A stretch of DNA of 44,234 nt from a virus (Duplodnaviria; Caudoviricetes): positions 1-44,234 of the IMG/VR virus record IMGVR_UViG_3300033067_000403; one strand, written 5' to 3'. Below, piece by piece: positions 8,868 through 15,629 of the stretch. Each line of letters begins with the position of its first letter. Position 1 is the stretch's first letter. Made by a program: the position numbers and the translations under genes. Below the pieces are notes generated by a model. It was given only the letters and a program-made list of their open reading frames with translations. It did not search any database and had not been told where the DNA came from.

Positions 8868-9370
8868 AAATCTATTTCGGTTGCGCTTGTCACTGGAACT
8901 TGTCTTACGTATTCGTTATCAGCTTTTCGGTTTGCCCAAGGTTTTAACTCATGTTGTAAGATAATTGAATCCCTAATGATTACTGCACGATTGCATTGCT
9001 TATTTAGTTGTACATAGTAAGCAACGCAGTTATTGGAAATTTGAAATGGAATTTTATCATAAAACTCCTGATCGTGCCGCCATTGGTAATCTTTTCTTTC
9101 GATGCAGTTGATTTCTTTGAACGGAAACGCTGTATCTTCTTTCCAGTTACCATGCCTTACCTCAAGTTCCCAACAAAAGTGAACTTTATTATTTTCATCC
9201 AGAGTCAGCAAATCGATGCCATACTTATTCGGATTCTCAATAGTTTTATACTTTTGTATCTTCTTATTGAGGTAAGTTAACATAGCAGTTTTACCTGCTA
9301 CGTCATAGATAGCATGTTCGGATGCATCGAACTGTTTTAAAGTTCCCTGCATCTTACGACTATTACTCAT
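8858..9370 (-). CDS. Putative PD-(D/E)XK-like nuclease
   Basis: ENPNKYGIDLL...WELEVR spacing resembles the restriction-like fold; stop codon lies inside the tRNA. Confidence 0.55.
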   Translation of the reverse strand: MSNSRKMQGTLKQFDASEHAIYDVAGKTAMLTYLNKKIQKYKTIENPNKYGIDLLTLDENNKVHFCWELEVRHGNWKEDTAFPFKEINCIERKDYQWRHDQEFYDKIPFQISNNCVAYYVQLNKQCNRAVIIRDSIILQHELKPWANRKADNEYVRQVPVTSATEIDLRQ

Positions 9371-9677
9371 AGATTGTAATTGTCCTTTGTTGTGGAGTTA
9401 CGATTTTAAATCCTTGATACTCTGAACCGTAATGCGATGCATACCAACCGAAGAATTTAACATAAACAACGTCAGAGTCTTTAGTAAATTTCCATACATG
9501 CCAGTACTCTGATCCTTGATCTTCACCGCCGTATTCATCAACACTTTGAGTTGAAATACCTTCACTCTTGAAGATATGTTCGTGTGAATGTGGAACATAG
9601 CCTTCCATCATACCTTCTGGAATATTAGGATGTAAATGCAGAATATCAGCAATTTTAGTATTCAATTCAATTGACAT
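9363..9677 (-). CDS. Hypothetical protein, GGEDQG family copy 1
   Basis: YGGEDQGSEYW...YVKFFGWYASHYGS...TITIYE; AAGGAG RBS. Confidence 0.8.
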   Translation of the reverse strand: MSIELNTKIADILHLHPNIPEGMMEGYVPHSHEHIFKSEGISTQSVDEYGGEDQGSEYWHVWKFTKDSDVVYVKFFGWYASHYGSEYQGFKIVTPQQRTITIYE

Positions 9678-9686
9678 ATTAACTCC

Positions 9687-10040
9687 TTATTTCTTTTCGA
9701 ACACAGTGATTGTTTTCTCTACAGCTTTTACTTCAAAGAACTCTTCAAACGTAGAGCCATCATAAGAAGCATACCATCCATCAAACTGGATGAATACTAC
9801 TTCAGAGCTATCTGAGAAAGAGTACACAGACCAATAATCACTACCTTGATCTTCACCGCCATAACGATCTACAAGTTTAAAAGTAATGCCAGCTTCAGTT
9901 AGCTGTTTACGAAAATCTGCAATCTCTTCTGAATCCCAACGAGGATTTTCATCAAGTTCACCAACAAACATTTCATTAATGGTATCTTTGCCTTCCATTT
10001 CTTGAGTACGTAGGATATCTAAAACTTTATCTTTTAACAT
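9687..10040 (-). CDS. Hypothetical protein, GGEDQG family copy 2
   Basis: YGGEDQGSDYW...FIQFDGWYASYDGS...KTITVFE; start moved to ATG 10040 behind AAAGGA. Confidence 0.8.
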   Translation of the reverse strand: MLKDKVLDILRTQEMEGKDTINEMFVGELDENPRWDSEEIADFRKQLTEAGITFKLVDRYGGEDQGSDYWSVYSFSDSSEVVFIQFDGWYASYDGSTFEEFFEVKAVEKTITVFEKK

Positions 10041-10050
10041 GTCATTCCTT

Positions 10051-10548
10051 TCAAGGGTTGTATTGAGTAAATACTGTGCAAGTGATTTCTTTTGGCTGAA
10101 CAAAATGCCAACCACTATAATCATTACCGTTATAAGAAGAGTAGTTGCAGTTAACTTGAATGTATCCTTTAACTACTGTATCTTCAAAAACAGCAAATAT
10201 AGTATACACTGGATATTCGCTTAAATCATACTGATCGACTAAACTGTTAACAATTTTTTGATCGTACAGTGGATTATCAAAAGTTGCCGAATCGTATACC
10301 AAAGACAGGTTCTGATCTTTCAGGTATTCATTGATAGAGTCTACATATGAACCGTCTACGTGTTGCCCACGCATATAATCTGTAATTTTATGCGAGTTAT
10401 TTTTTACATAAGCAGCAAAGGCTGTTTTAAAGCGTTGGTTCCAAGGTAGTTTGCTACGAAGTTCTTTGATTTTATCTTGAGCTTCTTTTTGAATCTGAGC
10501 AATCTGTTGCTCTACTGTCAGTTCTGTTACAGTTTTAGTTCGTGCCAT
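10051..10548 (-). CDS. Hypothetical protein, divergent third paralog with N-terminal coiled coil
   Basis: C-terminus YIQVNCNYSSYNG...VQPKEITCTVF aligns by eye with the two neighbours. Confidence 0.75.
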   Translation of the reverse strand: MARTKTVTELTVEQQIAQIQKEAQDKIKELRSKLPWNQRFKTAFAAYVKNNSHKITDYMRGQHVDGSYVDSINEYLKDQNLSLVYDSATFDNPLYDQKIVNSLVDQYDLSEYPVYTIFAVFEDTVVKGYIQVNCNYSSYNGNDYSGWHFVQPKEITCTVFTQYNP

Positions 10549-11353
10549 TTTCCAGTTCCTTTCTAATATTGTCAAACCTCATTGTATCACACAAATTGAA
10601 GATTTCAGGATAATTGTCGATTGCAAAATCTCTGAACCATCCACTACAAAGTGTAGTACAAACTTTATCGAGAGCTTTAAGGTACGCATGTCGAACTGGA
10701 TATTCCCAATTTCTAGGTACAAGAAAACGCTCAATTGCAATAACCTGTGTCTCTTCAGCTACGCACTTGAGTTTATCGTCAAATGCAAGCTTATCCCACA
10801 AATCTTTGTCACACCATGCACTGCTTGGATCACGCTGCAGTTGAGTATACAACGGTTTATCGTGATACGCAACAAGTTCGTGCAAATAATCATGATTGTA
10901 TTTCTTTTCTACGTAGTCATCAAAGAAATCTTCTACGGACTTCTTCAAACTAGGATGACCTTGGGGATACTCTTTCATTGTGCAAGCTGTGCGGTTTTTC
11001 AGCACATGTTCATCAAATGCAGTAAATGCAGGACGATATCTTGCAAGATGCTTATGATAGTGTGTAATGTGCTTTTGAAAGCTTAGATCACGCCACAGGT
11101 GACTTCGTTTGATAATTGCAAGACCAATTGGATTAACGATGTACACACGCTGACCTGCAATTTCAATAAACTGCTCAGAAGCGTATCGTTCCATATCATA
11201 GTTGCCTACAGTATTGAAATCATGCAATTCAATGCGCTTGGTATCATCAACAATTCCATGCAAACTAATAATATCCCAGTCGGAAGTATCTCTAGCTTTA
11301 AAGTCTGGACTCCAGTACTCTAGCGCACGAGAACCAATCAATAGATTTTTCAT
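10535..11353 (-). CDS. Putative nucleotidyltransferase-fold protein
   Basis: N-terminal LLIGSRAL...SDWDII (hGS...DxD); IKRSH, FF, HDYLHE, EETQVIAIER, TTLCSGWFRDFA motifs. Confidence 0.65.
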   Translation of the reverse strand: MKNLLIGSRALEYWSPDFKARDTSDWDIISLHGIVDDTKRIELHDFNTVGNYDMERYASEQFIEIAGQRVYIVNPIGLAIIKRSHLWRDLSFQKHITHYHKHLARYRPAFTAFDEHVLKNRTACTMKEYPQGHPSLKKSVEDFFDDYVEKKYNHDYLHELVAYHDKPLYTQLQRDPSSAWCDKDLWDKLAFDDKLKCVAEETQVIAIERFLVPRNWEYPVRHAYLKALDKVCTTLCSGWFRDFAIDNYPEIFNLCDTMRFDNIRKELENGTN

Positions 11354-11366
11354 TTCTACTCCTTAG

Positions 11367-11458
11367 TTATAGTAAGAGATACTAACACAACTCCTGCATG
11401 TGGGAAGCACTCGTTTGTTAATCTGACACACCACCATCACTTTTATCTCTTACTATAA
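11367..11458 (-). ncRNA. Candidate small RNA closed by a perfect 15-bp stem
   Basis: TTATAGTAAGAGATA (11367-81) and TATCTCTTACTATAA (11444-58) enclose 62 nt. Confidence 0.55.
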
Positions 11459-11460
11459 GT

Positions 11461-11582
11461 AGCCATAGTTCAGTATATTCCGTATCTTAGTTCCTCGTCA
11501 TGCTTTAGCTCACATGCGTCATAAAACCCAAATAGTAAACCACGTTCGTTAACCCAACCTGAAATATACTGAACTATAACCA
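11461..11582 (-). ncRNA. Candidate small RNA closed by a perfect 15-bp stem
   Basis: ATAGTTCAGTATATT (11465-79) and AATATACTGAACTAT (11563-77) enclose 83 nt; the stem extends with G-U pairs only on the minus strand. Confidence 0.55.
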
Positions 11583-11583
11583 C

Positions 11584-11816
11584 CAGTCCCTAAACTGGTA
11601 TTATAGTGTCTTTTCGCTCCCGTAGAAGTTTTCACTCCTATTCTTCGTTACGCTTTTTGGACGACAATCCTCAGGCCTTAGACATCCTAGTGTACCACAC
11701 CATCAGTACATCTATTTTTCCAATTGCAAATCTGCAGGTTGATAGGGCTTTCACCTACCTCGCTTGAAGTGTGCCGCTAACTCTAGGGATTTGAGCAACA
11801 AGCATAAGCGGGACTA
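11584..11816 (-). ncRNA. Candidate ~230-nt multi-stem structured RNA
   Basis: 5' UAGUCCC can pair with 3' GGGACUG; several internal hairpins, two with UGAAA loops; no ORF of 60 aa or more; within the tRNA transcript. Confidence 0.5.
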
Positions 11817-11822
11817 ATTTTA

Positions 11823-11926
11823 TGAAGAAGCTGGAAGGACTTGAACCTTCGACTCGCCTAGTACGAATTTACCTGTACTATCGACAGTAACCTGCCCAAT
11901 GACTCTACCAACTGAGTTACAGCTTC
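11823..11926 (-). ncRNA. tRNA-like RNA with a non-canonical anticodon/variable region
   Basis: Acceptor GAAGCTG/CAGCTTC, D-arm ACTC-AGTTGGTA-GAGT, T-arm GAAGG-TTCAAGT-CCTTC; ~50-nt insert with two hairpins; ends TTCA rather than NCCA. Confidence 0.75.
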
Positions 11927-11931
11927 TATTC

Positions 11932-12008
11932 TGGTGCGAGTGGAGGGATTCGAACCCCCGACCGATGGTGTAGAAGACCAGTGCTCTATCCAACTGAGCT
12001 ACACTCGC
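11932..12008 (-). tRNA. tRNA-Arg (UCU)
   Basis: 77-nt cloverleaf GCGAGTG...CACTCGC-ACCA, loop CT-TCT-AC. Confidence 0.93.
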
Positions 12009-12017
12009 TTAACCTTT

Positions 12018-12047
12018 ATTATACAACAGTTTAGACCATATCGTCAA
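12018..12047 (-). promoter_or_regulatory. Sigma70-like promoter for the tRNA/ncRNA cluster
   Basis: TTGACG-18-TATAAT, 9 nt upstream of tRNA-Arg. Confidence 0.7.
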
Positions 12048-13770
12048 GCTGTTGTGTAACTAATTGTCGAATTTCTTCTAGACTAGTTTCTTTGATCATC
12101 CGACCATCTTTAAAGACAGTTTGTAGACAACCTTGTGTTTCTTGCTCTTTGGTCTGCTGATCGTATAAAACAAAAGTATCACCTTCTTTCTCAACTCGCA
12201 GTAGACCTTTAGCTGATTTTTTAGTTCCGCTATCAGTAACAGGGTCTTTGTACAATTCAACACCAACACCGTTGATTTCAGCGTAAGTAGCTTTCATTGC
12301 AAAACCAAAACTATCACGAGTGACGTACTGGTAAGTATAAGAGCCGATGCCAAATACAACGTTACTGGAAGCAAAACCTTTGTCTTGTAGACGCTGCAAG
12401 ATATCTGTTGCACGATCTAGTGTAATTGAATCACCGTAGATCAAGCCAACACGTTCATTCAGCATCTTAAAGCCATTATCGTTAATTGTACCACCGAAAA
12501 TATCCCACAGAGTTTCAACTGCACCTTTTTGTTCAGGTGTTAGTTCAACTGGCTCGAAACTTTCCAACTTACAACCTTCCATATAGTAGTACTGTTTATC
12601 GTAACGACTCCAATCAATTTCTACTGTGGCAAGATAGACAATACCATTGTATTTAAAATAACCAGATACTTCCCAATTTCCCATCTCACCATGAACTGAC
12701 TCGATGCTTTCACGCTCATAAAGTACATCTTTAGCCCAATTTTGTGCATCTTCTAGGCTAATTGCATCGTTTAGGTTGACTACCGTAATACCACAAAGAA
12801 TATCAGCTGGATCACCACTATCAGGACGGAATACAACTTTAGCTAGACCAATCTCATTTGGAGTACGAGCCAGAATTTCTTGTTTCAGATTAGCAGAAGT
12901 CACCGATAGAGTGTGCCAGAAATCCCACGTATCGCTTACGATGCTGACTACACCAGAAGGATGTACTTCAGTAATCAAACGGCGGAATGTTTCTTCTTCG
13001 GTTTCTTTACCACCGGCACACATAACAGAGTGTTCAGTAGCTGGAACAGAACCACCTACAAACGCATTAAAACCGCCATAGAAGGCCTCAACGTAATCGA
13101 TAGCTGGAATGGTATCAGTACCAAAGAAACCAGCTGCCAAGTGACCGCTTGCATTGGATGCATCATCTACACCACTCAAACCACGATAGCTAAAGTCATG
13201 ACCTTGCCAAAGGACGAAATCCAAAGGCGCACCAGTAGCTTTAGCATAGCGAGTGAGAATCTTACGATATTCAAAAGCAGTTGTAGCAGTAGTGATCTTT
13301 TTCCAGAGTTCATTACTGAAAACTGTTTCCAGATAGTTAGTCAACCAGAAAAATTCAGGAAGTGTGTTTTTGACAGTGAACACTGGAACTTTGATATCAA
13401 CCAGTGAACCTTCTGGCAATGCTTTGATTTCGATAGGCAGGTAGCCTAGATCGTGCAAAGCAGCAATGTGTGAAGAATCAACTGCACCTTGACCAAGCGC
13501 AACATCCATACGGCGATTGTATTTTGCAAGGACTTCAATCTTACTTTTATGGAAGAAATTGTTATTGAATTGTTCAATCAAGAAAGACTTAATAAAGCCT
13601 TGCAGACCATAGAAGAGAACTTTAGTTGGCTTAACACCACCAGCATTAGGGGCTAGTTTGTTAGACCGAGGTGTAAAGTTGCTGTAAATAACTTCTGTAC
13701 CTTTTGGGTACATAGCTTTGTGGCCTACTTTGTAGAAATCGCAAGCTGTGATTGGATCGAGATATGTCAT
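12031..13770 (-). CDS. nadV: Nicotinamide phosphoribosyltransferase family protein (probable Namat of NARP1)
   Basis: DFYKVGH, HDFSYRG, GTDT, SVPATEHSVM, SIVSDTWD, RPDSGDP, LIYGDSI, KDPVTD...KKSAKG. Confidence 0.93.
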   Translation of the reverse strand: MTYLDPITACDFYKVGHKAMYPKGTEVIYSNFTPRSNKLAPNAGGVKPTKVLFYGLQGFIKSFLIEQFNNNFFHKSKIEVLAKYNRRMDVALGQGAVDSSHIAALHDLGYLPIEIKALPEGSLVDIKVPVFTVKNTLPEFFWLTNYLETVFSNELWKKITTATTAFEYRKILTRYAKATGAPLDFVLWQGHDFSYRGLSGVDDASNASGHLAAGFFGTDTIPAIDYVEAFYGGFNAFVGGSVPATEHSVMCAGGKETEEETFRRLITEVHPSGVVSIVSDTWDFWHTLSVTSANLKQEILARTPNEIGLAKVVFRPDSGDPADILCGITVVNLNDAISLEDAQNWAKDVLYERESIESVHGEMGNWEVSGYFKYNGIVYLATVEIDWSRYDKQYYYMEGCKLESFEPVELTPEQKGAVETLWDIFGGTINDNGFKMLNERVGLIYGDSITLDRATDILQRLQDKGFASSNVVFGIGSYTYQYVTRDSFGFAMKATYAEINGVGVELYKDPVTDSGTKKSAKGLLRVEKEGDTFVLYDQQTKEQETQGCLQTVFKDGRMIKETSLEEIRQLVTQQLDDMV

Positions 13771-13779
13771 ATTACTCCT

Positions 13780-14589
13780 TTAGATAACGGTAACTGATTG
13801 TGCTTTTTGAACCATATCGTTCATCAAGTTGTGAACGTAGATTGTATCATAGAATTTTAGAAGTTCTGCTACTCCTTTAGAAAAAATTCCATGTGTTACA
13901 TACAAATTCAGGCTTTTGATATTTGGTTGTGTACGCCAGAGCATTTCAGCCAAAGACAAGAAAGTTGCACCACCGTCACAGATATCGTCCACTACACAAA
14001 CTTTACCAGAGATTGTATCATAAGCATAGTCTTCATAGATCACACGACCATCTTGCCGAACCTTATTAAGCGTAAAAACTTTAGTGTCAAAGCCTCGTAC
14101 CTGAAAGTAAGTATTAACTTTTGCACTAGCACCTTTGTCTGGTGCAATCAAAGCATCAAATCGAGGTAGATATTTAGCGCAGTCAGCTTGAGATTTGTTT
14201 TCAACCTCAAATAGATATTTACTAAACACCTCTAAAGATGCAGAACTATGAGCATCACACATTACAAGTTTTGAAAACCATGCATTAGCTACAATAGTAT
14301 TAGCGAATACTTGCAATGCAAAACTTTCACCTTGAGTGCATACACGATCTTGGCGACCATACGGTAGGTATGGGATATGCAACTCAATATTTTTAGGATT
14401 AACCGTTTGTCGAAACAAAGCGTCCAGAATATTCAAACATACAAAAATGTCATCCGAAGAAGGCATACGCATCCACACTTGGACTTTATTTTGTTCAGAG
14501 ATTTGTGGAATCTGTACGCCAACTTCACCCGCTGGAAAGTTCCATTGTTTAAAGTCCGTTGTCACTCCATCAATTTTAAGTTCAACCAT
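13780..14589 (-). CDS. prs: Ribose-phosphate pyrophosphokinase family protein (probable Adps of NARP1)
   Basis: FPAGE, PYLPYGRQDR, DAHS, PDKGA, VVDDICDGGATF, LYVTHGIFSKG; start moved to ATG 14589. Confidence 0.9.
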   Translation of the reverse strand: MVELKIDGVTTDFKQWNFPAGEVGVQIPQISEQNKVQVWMRMPSSDDIFVCLNILDALFRQTVNPKNIELHIPYLPYGRQDRVCTQGESFALQVFANTIVANAWFSKLVMCDAHSSASLEVFSKYLFEVENKSQADCAKYLPRFDALIAPDKGASAKVNTYFQVRGFDTKVFTLNKVRQDGRVIYEDYAYDTISGKVCVVDDICDGGATFLSLAEMLWRTQPNIKSLNLYVTHGIFSKGVAELLKFYDTIYVHNLMNDMVQKAQSVTVI

Positions 14590-14773
14590 TTGTAGTTCCT
14601 TTCGTAGAATGCTCAGATTGTACATCAACTTTTCTCAGGATGTTCATCTTTACATTGAGACTTGCCAATTTATTTAAATCGGCTTGAGGCATAGACATGC
14701 TGGACCGCAAAACGCCTTTGTCATCGTACTGTTGTAGAGTTTGGTACTCTTTATTGTATTCGTATCGATTCAT
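14582..14773 (-). CDS. Hypothetical protein
   Basis: 63 aa ORF in operon. Confidence 0.6.
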   Translation of the reverse strand: MNRYEYNKEYQTLQQYDDKGVLRSSMSMPQADLNKLASLNVKMNILRKVDVQSEHSTKGTTNG

Positions 14774-14774
14774 G

Positions 14775-15158
14775 TTAGTAACTAATACTTCCTAAACGAT
14801 CATTGTAAGTTTTACCAGTTGTTTTTGCATCGATATAAATAACCCGTTTCTTTTTCCAACGTTTCTTTGTTATATCTTCTGCAGTGACAAACTGATTTTC
14901 CTCCCACTTGTGATGCTTTTTATAAGCAAGCATAGCATCTGCAATATCCTCTGAAGTTAACTTGTAATTCCAATCCTTGTTGTCACGCTTAATCTCAAAC
15001 TCAATCATTTCTAGATAGTGTTTAGGATTGTACTTATAAAGCTCACCTTCTACCAGCTTACCAATAGGCATGTAGTCACCTACCATACCATTCCAAAGTA
15101 CAACCTCTGGATTACCTTTTAGCTTACTAAGCATAGCAATCAAATCATTTTTACGCAT
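14775..15158 (-). CDS. Hypothetical protein
   Basis: 127 aa, AAAGGA RBS. Confidence 0.8.
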   Translation of the reverse strand: MRKNDLIAMLSKLKGNPEVVLWNGMVGDYMPIGKLVEGELYKYNPKHYLEMIEFEIKRDNKDWNYKLTSEDIADAMLAYKKHHKWEENQFVTAEDITKKRWKKKRVIYIDAKTTGKTYNDRLGSISY

Positions 15159-15179
15159 ATCGTCCTTTCATTAAATAGG

Positions 15180-15629
15180 CTACTTATGTTTAATAAGATA
15201 CTCTAAAGCTTTTCTTAAGACTTCAACATCATCTTGTAGAAATCCTATACCCCTGTTGCATAAGTTACAAAGAAGGCCTCGATTTTTTCCTGTTACATGG
15301 TCATGGTCCACCGCAAAAGAAAGTAATCTACCATTGTGAACTCCTTCTCCTGCAGGGTTATTAGTACCACAGATAGCACAACAATGGCTCTGAGCTTCTA
15401 AAATTCTTTCATATTCTCCTAACTCTAACCCGTATTTTAACATGATCCAACGTCTTTTATAACCTAACCACGTAGGATTTTCCTTTTTAGGGATGTTTCT
15501 GTTTCTAGATACTCTTCTTGCTTCATTGTCACAAGTTTTACATCTATAACCAAAACCATCTTTCTCTCTTGAAGATTTGTAGAAATGTTCGTATTCCTTC
15601 TCTTCTTTGCATACTGTACATACTTTCAT
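15180..15629 (-). CDS. Endonuclease VII-type HNH homing endonuclease
   Basis: KYGL...CAICG...AVDHDHVTGKNRGLLCNLCNRGIG; directly after the DNA polymerase. Confidence 0.85.
   Translation of the reverse strand: MKVCTVCKEEKEYEHFYKSSREKDGFGYRCKTCDNEARRVSRNRNIPKKENPTWLGYKRRWIMLKYGLELGEYERILEAQSHCCAICGTNNPAGEGVHNGRLLSFAVDHDHVTGKNRGLLCNLCNRGIGFLQDDVEVLRKALEYLIKHK

Noticed and set aside
11549-11558. 10-nt match (GTTGGGTTAA, minus strand) to a conserved 16S rRNA stretch
   Set aside because: Too short to distinguish from chance
11367-11582. Retron msr-msd or group I/II intron
   Set aside because: No reverse transcriptase in the window, no interrupted gene and no recognisable intron core
11823-11926. 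tmRNA, selenocysteine tRNA or ochre suppressor tRNA
   Set aside because: No G3-U70 pair or tag ORF, no UCA anticodon, and the GUUA loop is not a 7-nt anticodon loop
12540-12790. Intein in the Nampt-like protein
   Set aside because: No HN/HQ C-terminal junction or Hint motifs, and too short
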